From Candidatus Bathyarchaeota archaeon (GTDB lineage: Archaea; Thermoproteota; Bathyarchaeia; Bathyarchaeales; Bathycorpusculaceae), in assembly GCA_963772455.1 (NCBI GenBank), contig CAVYXJ010000020.1, forward strand, positions 24,754-88,753: a DNA stretch of 64,000 nt. Reading direction: 5' to 3'. The notes under the pieces were generated by a model, which worked only from the letters and a program-made list of their open reading frames with translations, was not told the DNA's origin and searched no databases. A program made the translations under genes and the position numbers. Positions within the stretch are counted from its first letter, which is position 1, and each line of letters begins with the position of its first letter. Below, in pieces: positions 1-11,169 of this stretch.

Positions 1-19
1 TTTGTAAGTGAATAGATGA

Positions 20-919
20 TTGGTTGGAATGTCAAACTTTTTGAGAAAGATTATGCAAAAGTATCTTGAAAGAAAGCGATTGCTTCTTCTCCCTAATAGT
101 TCTCAATGGTATGAATCGCCGATACCCGATTTAGAGAAGTTAGATAATGCTTTTTGGTTGAAGCATACTGAAATGGTTGGCGTTAATATTAACGAGAAAA
201 AGGCGTTAGAACTCCTTGAAATTTTTGAAAACAAGTTTAAAAATGAATATGAAGCCTTTCCGATGAATGAGACCGCAGTTCCATACCAATATTATGTAAA
301 AAATCCGATGTTTACCTCAATGGATGCAGAAATACTCTATTGTATGATTCGATATTTTAAGCCAAGCAACATAACTGAAATTGGTTCAGGTTACTCTACC
401 CGTCTAGCTGCCGAGGCGATATTAAAGAATCAAAAAGAAGACAGTAGCTACAGGTGTGAGTTAACAGCAATTGAACCATATCCACAAAATATTTTAAAAA
501 CTGGGTTTCCAGGATTAACAAAATTAATATGCAAACCTATTCAGGAAATTCCTTTGTCAACATTTGAGAGTCTGAAACAAAACGATATCCTCTTCATTGA
601 TTCTTCACATGTATTGCGAACTGGCGGAGATGTTCAGATTGAATATCTTGAAATTTTGCCAAGACTTAGCAAAGGAGTAGTAGTACAAATACACGATATA
701 ATGTTTCCTGAAGATTACCCTATGTACAGACTAAAGCAAAATCGTTTTTATACTGAACAATATCTACTTCAAGCTTTTTTAGCGTTCAACAACAACTTTG
801 AAATTCTATGGCCAGGAAACTATCTCCACTTGAAATATTCCGACAAATTGGAAAAAGCGTTCAGTAGGTACAAAGAAATAAAAGCAAGCGGTAGTTTTTG
901 GATGAGACGAACCATATAG
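20..919 (+). CDS. Class I SAM-dependent methyltransferase (Methyltransf_24-like)
   Basis: EIGSGYST SAM-binding motif, LFIDSSH and IHDI motifs typical of glycan-cluster methyltransferases. Confidence 0.85.
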   Translation: MVGMSNFLRKIMQKYLERKRLLLLPNSSQWYESPIPDLEKLDNAFWLKHTEMVGVNINEKKALELLEIFENKFKNEYEAFPMNETAVPYQYYVKNPMFTSMDAEILYCMIRYFKPSNITEIGSGYSTRLAAEAILKNQKEDSSYRCELTAIEPYPQNILKTGFPGLTKLICKPIQEIPLSTFESLKQNDILFIDSSHVLRTGGDVQIEYLEILPRLSKGVVVQIHDIMFPEDYPMYRLKQNRFYTEQYLLQAFLAFNNNFEILWPGNYLHLKYSDKLEKAFSRYKEIKASGSFWMRRTI

Positions 920-1071
920 TTGTAATAAGGCTGGATCTAACTTTTTGTTTTTAATCGGCCAGAACTTTACTTGAGCAGCAAAGAGTTCAAGGGTCAAGTT
1001 TCCTTTTCTATTATTGCATTAAATCGAATTGTTTTTTTAGCAAACGTTTCTGAGCATTGAAATAAAGCCAT

Positions 1072-3267
1072 CTATAGAATATAATTTGCGCCAGCTGCAA
1101 AGTCATCAACATATCCTATTGGGTGGTAGTACGCTCCGTCTACTTCGTTAAGACCGAAGGCTACATACCGATAAGGCCCAACTGGAGTATCCGGCGAAGA
1201 AACCACAAGTTGTCCATTAATAAAAAGACCGCTACTACCTGCAGACGCTTTGATCTCTAAACTATACCAGTTATTTATCTGAAAAGTAACAGGCGAACTA
1301 AGATATGTATGCCATGAAGATGAGAAAACATCTAATTCCCAATACAGAACACCCGCAATATTAACTAAACCCCCTGCCACAACAGGATGTTGTGTGGCGC
1401 TATTCTCAATCCAGATGACCCCAACGTAGTCATTTGTTGACGATGGAGCGGAATCCAACATGGCATATGTTCTAGCATACAAAGTAGAATAAGCTTGACC
1501 AAGGTCTTTGTAGACGTACGCAAATCTTGCGCTAGTTCCAGAGTTTGTAATTTTAGCAGAGTAAATTCCCTGATGAATGCTGGTAGTACCGACAACTATG
1601 GAACCACCTGACTGGTAAGTTCCAGTCCAAGCATTAAGTCCATTTTCAAGACCATCAGAAAACACGGTATCGACCCTGCTTTGAATCAATGTAGGAGAGA
1701 AAGTAAACGAGTTCTGTGAATCAGTTAACCACGTTGAATTGTACACTAGATAGGTTGATACGTTGATCAATTTTTTATTCAAATCAAAACTGTAGATTCT
1801 TGCTGATGCTGCACCTACCCTATCGCCTGCGCTATTTGTCACTTCCTGCATGTCCCAGTGGATCTGCATTCTTGTTCCTACTTGATTGCGTGAAGCGAAA
1901 TTGGTCGAGTGCTCATGCCCATTAAGAGTAAGAAATACGTTCGGATAGTTGTTAAGAGTGTTCACAAAGTTTGTTTCCCAAGAACCATCGTCTCCCTCGT
2001 TTGTGTATACTCCTGACCCACTTAGCAAACTATGGACCCCAATAATAACATTGTAATCAGGGTGAGTTGATATCAAGTTGGTCATCCAAGAAATTACGCT
2101 TGAATTTGCGTAGAATTCAACGTCAATAATCAGGAACTTAAAATTGCCGTAGGAAAACTGCACTGCCGTGTTTTTTCCATTGTACAAGTCACTTACCCAA
2201 TAAGATTTCGCCCTCATAATGGCAGGATTGAATGCAGCGTAATTGTTCCCCAACCATGATGTGTTAGGGTTTTGTTGAGGATTTTGGTCATGGTTTCCAG
2301 CGGTCCAACAATACGGAACTCCACTGTTCAACAATTTACCCATTGATTTATTCGCATTTTGCCAGTCCACTGTAGATGTAGAATAATCTACTATGTCACC
2401 AGTATGAACTACCATTGAAACATTGTAGTTTTTTACGTTGACGACTATCCATTGTGACAAACTATCGAGCAACTGAGGGTACATGTCTGCCAAGTGTTGG
2501 GTGTCTGTTATTTGAATTATTGAAAAAGATGTTGAAGATGTAGTTGGATTTACAGTTATAAGTCCATTGTAGTTTGCGCCTGCTGTAAAGTCATCAATAT
2601 ATCCTGTTGGATGATAGTCTGCTCCATCTATTTCGTTAAGACCTGTGGCAACATATCGATATGGTCCAGCTGGAGTGTCTGGTGAAGAGACCACAAGTTG
2701 TCCGTTAATATATAAACTGCTGCTGCCCGCAGATGCCTTGATCTCTACACTATACCAGTTATTTGTTTGAAAACTAAGAGGTGAACTAAGATATGTGTGC
2801 CATGAAGATGAGTAAACATCCAATTCCCAATATAGGATCCCTGCAAGGTTAACTAAACCTCCTGCTACGACGGGATGTTGTGTGGCGCTATTTTCGATCC
2901 AGAGGAATCCAACGTAATCGTTTGTTGATGGCGGAGCGGAATCCAACATGGCATATGTTCTAGCATACAAAGTGGAGTATGCTTGGCCAAGGTCTTTGTA
3001 GACGTAGGCAAATCTTGCGCCTGTTCCAGAGTTTGTGATTTTAACTGAATTGATTCCTTGGTGAGGGTTGGTTGTACCGACAGCTATGGAACCACCTGAT
3101 TGATAGGTTCCAGTCCAAGCTGTAAATCCATTTTCTAGACCATCAGAAAACACGCTGTCAGCTCTTACAATTAGATTGACCTCAGAAGCAAAAGTGCTAA
3201 AAAATAACAGAAGCGTCAGAACACCGATGCAAAAGATAAGTTTTGAATTCTTATCTATGTTCTTTAT
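1072..3267 (-). CDS. Secreted calcineurin-like metallophosphoesterase flanked by two near-identical beta-rich (lectin/LamG-like) domains
   Basis: Motifs TDTQ, HTGDIVD, GNHD, GHEH. The frame stays open upstream of GTG 3153 through a signal peptide (KLIFCIGVLTLLLFFSTFA) to ATA 3267, which follows AGGTGG. Confidence 0.8.
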   Translation of the reverse strand: MKNIDKNSKLIFCIGVLTLLLFFSTFASEVNLIVRADSVFSDGLENGFTAWTGTYQSGGSIAVGTTNPHQGINSVKITNSGTGARFAYVYKDLGQAYSTLYARTYAMLDSAPPSTNDYVGFLWIENSATQHPVVAGGLVNLAGILYWELDVYSSSWHTYLSSPLSFQTNNWYSVEIKASAGSSSLYINGQLVVSSPDTPAGPYRYVATGLNEIDGADYHPTGYIDDFTAGANYNGLITVNPTTSSTSFSIIQITDTQHLADMYPQLLDSLSQWIVVNVKNYNVSMVVHTGDIVDYSTSTVDWQNANKSMGKLLNSGVPYCWTAGNHDQNPQQNPNTSWLGNNYAAFNPAIMRAKSYWVSDLYNGKNTAVQFSYGNFKFLIIDVEFYANSSVISWMTNLISTHPDYNVIIGVHSLLSGSGVYTNEGDDGSWETNFVNTLNNYPNVFLTLNGHEHSTNFASRNQVGTRMQIHWDMQEVTNSAGDRVGAASARIYSFDLNKKLINVSTYLVYNSTWLTDSQNSFTFSPTLIQSRVDTVFSDGLENGLNAWTGTYQSGGSIVVGTTSIHQGIYSAKITNSGTSARFAYVYKDLGQAYSTLYARTYAMLDSAPSSTNDYVGVIWIENSATQHPVVAGGLVNIAGVLYWELDVFSSSWHTYLSSPVTFQINNWYSLEIKASAGSSGLFINGQLVVSSPDTPVGPYRYVAFGLNEVDGAYYHPIGYVDDFAAGANYIL
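1080..3153. repeat. Intragenic direct repeat of about 585 bp (about 1080-1665 and about 2570-3153; offset 1488 bp)
   Basis: The FSDGLENG...AGANY module occurs at both ends of the protein with high DNA similarity. Confidence 0.9.
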
Positions 3268-3573
3268 CCAACAACCACCTTAAATTATCATTTTAGACAA
3301 GAAGATGTCTGATACTTTAAGGCTATGGTAAAATCATCGTATACGAATAAAAACAGAGAAGAGCAGAATTGATGGACTTCGAAGATAATATCCTACTATT
3401 CAACAATCTAGTTAAGCTTCATTTACCAGTTATTATTAAAAATAAAGATATGATGAATAAGCGGTTATCTTTGAAAAGAGTTGGGGCTTGACACAAAGAC
3501 TTAGCATTTGGACATTCTCAAAGTTGATTAGAATATCCTGATAAGTAACAACGACTTTTTGTTTTTGAAAAAT

Positions 3574-4683
3574 CTATTTTCTTAATTTTGTTTCTAAAAA
3601 ATCTTCAAAGTATTCAAGCCAAGACATCTCAAATTCGCAACCAGCCATTTTGGCAGCAAATGGCCAACGAACAAAAGGAAATACCATAAGGGCTCTATGG
3701 CCGTAATGCTTCTGAAAAGTAATGGGATTCGAAATAGATGAACTTAGATATATGGCCATTCTCAAGATCCCAACCACTTCATAGAACTCAAGTCTTGATC
3801 GAATTTCCCCCTGATAATTTTTAATATACTCCGAAACAAAATGATCAGCAGTTTTTTCTTTTAAAGCGAGACTCTTCTCATCTGAAAACAATTTAACATA
3901 ATGATAAGAATATCCAACATCAAATGCAGGATCGCCTATCTCAGCTCCCTCCCAATCTATAACGCTTAACCTTGATTTGTCAGTCATTATTACGTTTCCT
4001 GGATGAAAATCACCATGAAGAAGAGAATAACGAGGGCAATAAACATCGGAAGCGTTCGAATCAAGCCAGGAAGCCGCCAAATCAAAACCTTTCTTAAGTT
4101 TTCTTTGATGCTTACTAGATTGCAATAATTGATTAATATGAATCTGCCAAAATTTAGCGAATGCAAACCCATCCTTGGGAAGTCTCAGATATTCTATCCC
4201 TAATTGGTTTACATTCAAATTATGAAGACATGCAAGAGTATTAGCAAAACAATCAAATTTAACGAGATGTTTACAAATAGGCTTTTCTTGGAGCATCAAA
4301 ATAAAAGGAGACCCAATAAAACTAGAGTTTTTCTCGCAAAGATATACTTGCGGAACTGGAAAGCCAATACGACCAAGATTCTTCAAAACTTGAAATTCTC
4401 GCTCGCAAATAAGGTAGTCATGATAATCTACATTCAGAATTGGATGAATATTTTTCTCATAGATTTTTAGAACGAGATTGCAAACCTGCTTAACTCCGTC
4501 AAATGTATAAGCCAATGTGAAAGAGTAGACATTACTTCTAACGCCCCCACCAACCTTTTTCAATTTTGAAATCGTAAGGTTATTTGCATTTTTAGGTATA
4601 AAGTTCAAACTTTCATTGCGTTGAGCTAATTGCAAATAATCTTCAAGTTTTTTTTGATTCAGTCCTTTGCCTGAAAAACTCAA
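3574..4683 (-). CDS. APH/choline-kinase family phosphotransferase
   Basis: LVLK, HGDFHPGN (Brenner motif) and IDWE..IGDP motifs. Confidence 0.85.
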   Translation of the reverse strand: MSFSGKGLNQKKLEDYLQLAQRNESLNFIPKNANNLTISKLKKVGGGVRSNVYSFTLAYTFDGVKQVCNLVLKIYEKNIHPILNVDYHDYLICEREFQVLKNLGRIGFPVPQVYLCEKNSSFIGSPFILMLQEKPICKHLVKFDCFANTLACLHNLNVNQLGIEYLRLPKDGFAFAKFWQIHINQLLQSSKHQRKLKKGFDLAASWLDSNASDVYCPRYSLLHGDFHPGNVIMTDKSRLSVIDWEGAEIGDPAFDVGYSYHYVKLFSDEKSLALKEKTADHFVSEYIKNYQGEIRSRLEFYEVVGILRMAIYLSSSISNPITFQKHYGHRALMVFPFVRWPFAAKMAGCEFEMSWLEYFEDFLETKLRK

Positions 4684-4736
4684 TGATGCACCCTCCTCGC
4701 CAACTTTTTCATAGTAGAATAATGAGAATAATTAAG

Positions 4737-6338
4737 TTAATGAGATTTCTCTTTCGATGAAATCAAAGTTTTCAATTTCAGAAGGGTTTCCATTATTTTC
4801 AGTGGACCATCCAATAGTGTAGATACTACTCTTAAACTCGAAAACATTGTTCGCAAAGTCTTAATGTCCGTTAGACTGATTGCACCAAAAAGAGGAGCTG
4901 AAACCAAAAAAGTTATAGCAAAAAGGATTGAACCAAAAGCTAAACTCAGCCAATAAGGAACAACAATAATACTTAAAGAAAAATAAACAATTAGAGTTGC
5001 AGTAGTACAAGCAAGAAAGATTTTAGCAGAAGACCTAATATCCACATTTGCATCGTAATGTTTACGTAAAAAGTATAGGCCATAAAAAAGATAAGGCATA
5101 GCTGCAACAATACTGCTAACAATTAAACCAATTATACCAAACGTCGGAATAAGAAATAGACCTAACGGAATTCCTGTAATAAGACTAATCAAATTCATTT
5201 TAAATAGCAACTTCGTCTCCCCAAGAGCGTAAAGAATACTTGGAACGCTTAATGTTCCTAAAAGAATAAACAGATTTCCGAACGATCCTATTGTTAGAAA
5301 ATCAGAAGAGTAAACCCACTTGTTTCCATAAAGAGTTCCGATAAGAGGTTGGGAAAGAACCATTATGGCCATTACAAAAGGAACCACAATGAGACCCGAA
5401 TACTTAACAGACGAGGAGAAAACAGTTCTAAGAAGGATTTTCTCTTTTTGTGGATCTAGTTTTGAAAAAGCCGGAAACAGTACAGTAGTCAAAGGATAAG
5501 TAAACAAAGCAATGAGAAGAGAGAAGTTATTCGCGATCGTATAATTTCCTATTAAAATAGTGGTACAAAAAGCAGCCATCATAAAAGAATAGAATTGAGA
5601 TTGAATTCCCTTCAAAATGTTACTAACCGCCACAGGAAAACCAAAATGGAGCAAAGGTTTCAAAGTCTCTCTAAAACTCTTGCTTGACGACAATCTACCA
5701 AGTTTTGAAAATACTTTGGAATACAAAATAAACGCAGAAATCACACTTGTTGCAATTGTTCCCAAAGTATAACCGATTACAGCACCAAAAGCCCCATATC
5801 CCAAAAAAACTAGTAATGGAGCTGTTACACCCTGGACTACGGCTTGAAAAATTATTACATAACTACTTAGATCCATGCGCTCAAAACCTATTAAGACACT
5901 TTGAACAACACCACTTAATGAAATTGATAAAACGCTAACAGATGCGAGAGCAATTAAAAACCCTGAATCAGGTTTGCCAAATACTGAAGAGGCGATAATG
6001 TTGGACATCAACAATAATGAAACGGTTAACACTATGCCAGTTAACAACCCAAACGACAGGGCTACAGTAATAGTTTTTCGCAAACTTGTCCCGTTATTAG
6101 TGACTCGATTCTGGGCACAGAATCTTGTTAAAGCGGAGTTTACACCCCAGTCTTGAAACAAAAGAATTGTCGTTGCAGGAATCAAAGCAATTGTGTAAAG
6201 CCCATAATCGCTTTGCAGAATATACCATCCGATAACTATTGTCCCAACAGCTAACACAATAGTAGACAGTAATTTTCCAATGAATAACTGAAAACTACCA
6301 CTAGCTGAGGTCTGACCCATTTCCAACGCTTTTTCCAT
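4737..6338 (-). CDS. Oligosaccharide flippase (Wzx/MATE-like)
   Basis: Many transmembrane segments, YGLY near the N-terminus, LFPAFSKL motif, glycan-cluster context. Confidence 0.88.
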   Translation of the reverse strand: MEKALEMGQTSASGSFQLFIGKLLSTIVLAVGTIVIGWYILQSDYGLYTIALIPATTILLFQDWGVNSALTRFCAQNRVTNNGTSLRKTITVALSFGLLTGIVLTVSLLLMSNIIASSVFGKPDSGFLIALASVSVLSISLSGVVQSVLIGFERMDLSSYVIIFQAVVQGVTAPLLVFLGYGAFGAVIGYTLGTIATSVISAFILYSKVFSKLGRLSSSKSFRETLKPLLHFGFPVAVSNILKGIQSQFYSFMMAAFCTTILIGNYTIANNFSLLIALFTYPLTTVLFPAFSKLDPQKEKILLRTVFSSSVKYSGLIVVPFVMAIMVLSQPLIGTLYGNKWVYSSDFLTIGSFGNLFILLGTLSVPSILYALGETKLLFKMNLISLITGIPLGLFLIPTFGIIGLIVSSIVAAMPYLFYGLYFLRKHYDANVDIRSSAKIFLACTTATLIVYFSLSIIVVPYWLSLAFGSILFAITFLVSAPLFGAISLTDIKTLRTMFSSLRVVSTLLDGPLKIMETLLKLKTLISSKEKSH

Positions 6339-6459
6339 AAACTTCGCCTAAATGTCTAAAAATAATTCTAACCAAGATACTAAATTGGTATTAATGCTTT
6401 TCAAAAGAAAGGTCATTGTATTCTTTTAAGCAGTATTTCTGATTAAAACAAGTGAATTT

Positions 6460-7647
6460 TCAAATGTTTCCAACTTCATTTAAGAGTCGAATATAATTAT
6501 TTTTCATTCTCAATAGGCTAAAGTTTTCTTCGACACGTTTTTTAGCGTTCTGACCCATTCGCCTAGCAAGTTTTTGATCGAGCAGAAGAGAGCGTACATG
6601 AGATGTAAGTTGTTCGACATTCCCCCAATCGGCGAGCAATCCCGTCTCATTATGAATTATAGCTTCTTTGTTCGCTCCCACATCATATGCAACAACAGGC
6701 TTTTCGTGCGCCATTGCTTGTAGAACAGAATAACTCATCGGTTCTGGCCATAAGGACGGCAAAAGAAGCAAATAACTTGACTGAAATATCTCCTGTAATT
6801 CTCTTGCATCCCAGATATAGTCCATGGTTTCAAAGGTGCTTCCTTGAAAAGTTTTTTGACCAACCCAAAGAAACCGAACATTTGGAAAATCAGGTTTAAG
6901 ATTCTTTGAGAGCTGAACAAAATGGTGATACCCTTTTTGTTTTGAAATATTATTAGACAAGAATAGAACTGTTTTTTTCTCGAATTTAGAAAATGAAGAT
7001 TCAACGGTTTTGAAATCTACACCATTATAAATCACATTAACTTTGCTAACGTCATAATTTAAAGACCCCATAATATTCTTCAAAAATAAACTATCACTAA
7101 CAATAGCTGTGGCGTAGTTAAGTTTTGATTTCAAATTATTGATCTTGTTTATCTGCATAGTTGAAAATAACTTGCTAGGCATTAGAACAGAAGGCGATGT
7201 AGAAGTAAATTCCCCCGCAAGTCGCCCCTGTTTTATGACGCATGGCCCGCAACTCCAATTGGGTCCTTTGCACGGTGACTCCAGGATCATATTAAAAAGG
7301 TCAGCTTTTGGGCAAACAGGCCAAAGAATTTGAGCCTGGACAATCGTTGGAATCCTAGAAAGAATACTTCCCCAAAAAGCAGAAAGATCATAATCATACC
7401 AAGTCATAACAATATTAGGATTAACTTTTTCAATATATTGGCGGTAAATCTTAACACACGTCGAATCCACTATAATATTGGGAGGAGACCAAGGATAAAT
7501 TTTCCAGAAGGGGCGATCGCGTGGAAAATAAGCTATCGAAACATCATATCCACATTGTGAGAGAATAGAAGCCAACAGTTTTGCAATGCGGGGTTCTCCT
7601 CCAGGCCAACCTGGCTGGTTTATAATGCCTGTGAATAGAACCTTCAT
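6460..7647 (-). CDS. Glycosyltransferase family 4 with Cys-rich insert
   Basis: PGG N-terminus, PSLWPEPMSYSVLQAMA (EX7E-like) motif, CPK...C..CGPC insert. Confidence 0.88.
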   Translation of the reverse strand: MKVLFTGIINQPGWPGGEPRIAKLLASILSQCGYDVSIAYFPRDRPFWKIYPWSPPNIIVDSTCVKIYRQYIEKVNPNIVMTWYDYDLSAFWGSILSRIPTIVQAQILWPVCPKADLFNMILESPCKGPNWSCGPCVIKQGRLAGEFTSTSPSVLMPSKLFSTMQINKINNLKSKLNYATAIVSDSLFLKNIMGSLNYDVSKVNVIYNGVDFKTVESSFSKFEKKTVLFLSNNISKQKGYHHFVQLSKNLKPDFPNVRFLWVGQKTFQGSTFETMDYIWDARELQEIFQSSYLLLLPSLWPEPMSYSVLQAMAHEKPVVAYDVGANKEAIIHNETGLLADWGNVEQLTSHVRSLLLDQKLARRMGQNAKKRVEENFSLLRMKNNYIRLLNEVGNI

Positions 7648-7703
7648 TTGAATTCAACCTTTAAACAATAATTATCTCGTAAAAATTTAAGATAGAATCT
7701 TTT

Positions 7704-8861
7704 CTAGCTTAATTGAGCGCCTGCTTTAAGTGCGTCAATTATCCTTTGAAATTGCTCATCTGTCATGAATGGAAACATTGGCAGTGAAAGAATTTTTGAG
7801 TGCAATTCTTCAGCACAGGGAAAATCGCCTTTTTTATATTTTGTAGTCTTTTGGTAGTACGAAAAATAATGAAGAGGGATATAATGAACTCCAGTTATAA
7901 TACCCTGATTTTGAAGAAATTGGTACAATTCATCTCTATTCAAAGGGTAAGGCTTTTCAACTGTAATTTCAAGCAGATGGTAGACTCCATGCTGGGGACT
8001 ATCAGAGTCAGGGTCATGAAGCATTTTTAACCCTTCAATTTTTTCCAACTCAACTTTATACTTGCGTGCTATTTCCAATCTAGATTCGGTTAATAGATCA
8101 AGCTTCTTCATCTGCATTAGACCTATTACGGCGGTAATTTCACTCATCCTAAAATTGAAACCCAAATCAGTTACATCATATCTCCAATGGCTAACTTTTT
8201 CTTTAGGGGTCCTATTTTGACCATGATTTCTTACCAAAAGGGCGCGCTCATTCACTTCATTGATATTTGTAACAAGCATACCTCCCTCACCGGTTGTCAT
8301 GTTTTTTGTAGCATAAAAACTAAAACAACTGGCATCACCAAAACTCCCGACTCTTCTATCTCCAAACATGGCACCATGAGCCTGAGCGCAGTCTTCCACC
8401 ATTTTTAAGTTAAAATCTTTTACTAACCTACCGATATTCTTCATATCACAAGGAAAACCATACAAATGAACGGGAATAATACAATCAATCGTGTCATCAG
8501 CTTTAAGAAGAGCTTCTAGTTTCGCCGAGTCAAGTTCCCCAGTTTCGTCTACATCGCAAAATACTGGTTCAGCACCATATAGCCTGACAACATTTGCAGT
8601 AGCTACAAAAGTATTCACGGGAACCACAACCGAAGCTCCTTTTTTTAGGTCTATTCCACTCAAAGCCATATACAAAGCAGACGTACAAGAATTTGTAGCT
8701 AAACCATATCTACACTGAACATACTCAGAAAACACTTTTTCAAACTCCAGTGTCTTAGGACCCAAAGTTAGCCATCCAGATTCAAGAACTTCACGAATCC
8801 CAGCCAATACTTCGGCTCCTATGGTGTTTTGAGTTTTATACAAAGGAATTTGATTTAACAA
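7704..8861 (-). CDS. DegT/DnrJ/EryC1/StrS nucleotide-sugar aminotransferase
   Basis: SGWLTLGP, NSCTSAL, EDCAQAHG, SFYATKNMTTGEGG (PLP lysine), GFNFRM. Confidence 0.93.
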   Translation of the reverse strand: MLNQIPLYKTQNTIGAEVLAGIREVLESGWLTLGPKTLEFEKVFSEYVQCRYGLATNSCTSALYMALSGIDLKKGASVVVPVNTFVATANVVRLYGAEPVFCDVDETGELDSAKLEALLKADDTIDCIIPVHLYGFPCDMKNIGRLVKDFNLKMVEDCAQAHGAMFGDRRVGSFGDASCFSFYATKNMTTGEGGMLVTNINEVNERALLVRNHGQNRTPKEKVSHWRYDVTDLGFNFRMSEITAVIGLMQMKKLDLLTESRLEIARKYKVELEKIEGLKMLHDPDSDSPQHGVYHLLEITVEKPYPLNRDELYQFLQNQGIITGVHYIPLHYFSYYQKTTKYKKGDFPCAEELHSKILSLPMFPFMTDEQFQRIIDALKAGAQLS

Positions 8862-9100
8862 GTTTAAACCTCTTTGGAAACTAGTCTCATAGAATAAATA
8901 AAATCAAGCATTTATCCTTTCAAAGAATCAATAATAGAAAAAACCAAACAGACATTTCCTTAACAGACATAAATAGAAAAAACTCACAACAAATCATAGA
9001 ATTAAAATTTGGATAAAGATACCAAAATAATTGTAAAAGGGAGAGAATATGCTTAATCATTTAATATCGAATGAATAGCTCCTAAAAAGAATACGACAAT

Positions 9101-10033
9101 TCAATTAGCTCTGCAAAGATAAGTCAGCCAAGTTTCAGTCGTGTTGGTCAGGTCTTTGATTTCTAAGCCGTTTAAACCGTAAATTTTTATTTCTGCAAAC
9201 CCAGTCGCATTTAACTGTTCAAATTGTTCAACAGGAGAAATGAAATATGTTTTTAATCTAAATTCGTGGGTTCCATCATTAAATAAAATATGTTTCTTAT
9301 CTTTTGATGGACTCCTTATGGTTTCCCAAACTTGTCGCTTATTTAAAAGTCGCATCTGTAAGACCCAAATTAGACTCCACAAAAATTGACCTGGATCCTT
9401 TGAAAAACGAATTGAACAGTTACCTAACTGATAATTCAAGTTATGTGTTTGAAAACAGAAATAGCCACCAGTTCTAGTGACCCGACGTATTTCCATTAAA
9501 ATTCTTAACCTATCTTCATGATTCACGTAATCTAATCCACACCAACTAAATAAAACGAAGTCAAAAAAACCATCATTGAAATTCACCAAATTTCTTGCGT
9601 CCATAGTAAGAAAAGATAGTTGCTTTGGATACTTTGCAAATTTCTTGCGACAAGCTTTAACCATATTGTTCGAATAGTCAATTCCAATATATTCTTTAGT
9701 TAAACCTGCAAAATGAGTTGTAGTTCTTCCTGCACCTACCCCGACGTCAAGCATTTTCATGTCAGGCAATTTAAATCTTAATCTATTCAGTACAGTCTCT
9801 TCGGGTTTCTGCAGTCTACTCTGTGGACAAAAAACGTTCACAACATCTTCAGATTCGAAAACCTCTTTGTTTTGCTTAATTGAATCTCCTTGTTTAGTTA
9901 ACACATTCTTAATGACTTTTTTGTTAAATTTGAGAAAAGTCGAAATGAAACGTGTTTTTTCACAATTCGAAATACCTGAGAATAAATCTGAAATCTCAGT
10001 TTTAACCTTTCTTTTTAAAAGAAGTACCTCCAA
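9101..10033 (-). CDS. Class I SAM-dependent methyltransferase
   Basis: MLDVGVGAGRTT, GIDYS, FDFVLFS; start uncertain. Confidence 0.85.
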   Translation of the reverse strand: MEVLLLKRKVKTEISDLFSGISNCEKTRFISTFLKFNKKVIKNVLTKQGDSIKQNKEVFESEDVVNVFCPQSRLQKPEETVLNRLRFKLPDMKMLDVGVGAGRTTTHFAGLTKEYIGIDYSNNMVKACRKKFAKYPKQLSFLTMDARNLVNFNDGFFDFVLFSWCGLDYVNHEDRLRILMEIRRVTRTGGYFCFQTHNLNYQLGNCSIRFSKDPGQFLWSLIWVLQMRLLNKRQVWETIRSPSKDKKHILFNDGTHEFRLKTYFISPVEQFEQLNATGFAEIKIYGLNGLEIKDLTNTTETWLTYLCRAN

Positions 10034-10120
10034 GGTAAACTTGTTATTCGGTTGAACCTAACAATCAATGATGCAGCTAATAACAAAATAAACTATGAAT
10101 AATAAATATTGAAGTCGTTT

Positions 10121-11116
10121 TTATCGTTTTCTAACCTGCATCTTGCACATAATATCCTGATCAGACACTCGCCTCACCAAGCTCTGAATGTAAACTCTTT
10201 TTTTCCATATGCCTTGGAAGTGTTTCAGGTTCCAAAGAATTGCCCTTGAAGCTTCTTTCGAATAAACAAGATCTTTACCCCTTAGCAAATTATCAAATCC
10301 TATTATCACAATTTGGGAACACTCGTAAACCAATGATAATGACAGATATTTTATTAGATTTTGAATTTCGTAGTTCTTCAAGAGAGTTGTAATTCGATTT
10401 CTTTTCATTAAGTAAACTTGGAAAAAGAGTGACTTAATGCCAACCGTTGGAATGCTTCCACTACCTTTATGATAAACAATAGAAGTAGGAACATACAATA
10501 TTTTGTAACCAGCCAATCTTATTCGCCAACAAAGGTCTGTGTCTTCATAGTATGTGAAAAAATCAGAATCGAAAGTGCCAACTTGTTCTATGACTTTGCG
10601 ACGAACTATCATTGACGCACCTTTGCAAGTAAAAATTTCGTCACATTCATATTTTCCTACATCTTTTTCGCCAAGACCCCGAGCAAATGTAATTGCATAA
10701 AAGTCTGAAAAGTTTCCAGCGCAATCTAATATAGAAGGAGAATCCAATAGCAAAAGTTTACTTTGAGCTGCCCCTATAGTAAAATTTGACTCTAATACTT
10801 TAACAAATTCAGTAATCCAGTTTGGCTCGACAATTGTGTCGTTATTCAAAAAGACAACATAATCCCCTGCTGCTAACTCAATTCCGACATTGTTGCCTTG
10901 TGCAAAGCCCAAGTTTTTTTCATTCATTATTAGTTTAATTCTTGAATCATATGAGAAGCTTCTCAATAGCTCAGAGCTACCATCTGTTGACCCATTGTCT
11001 ACCACTATTACCTCAATATTAGAATAGTTAGTTTTAAGAACAGACGTTAAACATTTTTGGAGAAAAATTTCACCGTTGAAGTTAACGATAATAATTGAAA
11101 CTAACGAATCAAACAA
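10121..11116 (-). CDS. Glycosyltransferase family 2 (rhamnosyltransferase-like)
   Basis: IIVNFNG, VVDNGSTD, FLNNDT, YEDTDLCWR. Confidence 0.92.
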   Translation of the reverse strand: MFDSLVSIIIVNFNGEIFLQKCLTSVLKTNYSNIEVIVVDNGSTDGSSELLRSFSYDSRIKLIMNEKNLGFAQGNNVGIELAAGDYVVFLNNDTIVEPNWITEFVKVLESNFTIGAAQSKLLLLDSPSILDCAGNFSDFYAITFARGLGEKDVGKYECDEIFTCKGASMIVRRKVIEQVGTFDSDFFTYYEDTDLCWRIRLAGYKILYVPTSIVYHKGSGSIPTVGIKSLFFQVYLMKRNRITTLLKNYEIQNLIKYLSLSLVYECSQIVIIGFDNLLRGKDLVYSKEASRAILWNLKHFQGIWKKRVYIQSLVRRVSDQDIMCKMQVRKR

Positions 11117-11169
11117 TAGCTCTATTTTCCTCCTTCCACAAACTTAAAAACATGTCAAACAAGTAACAG

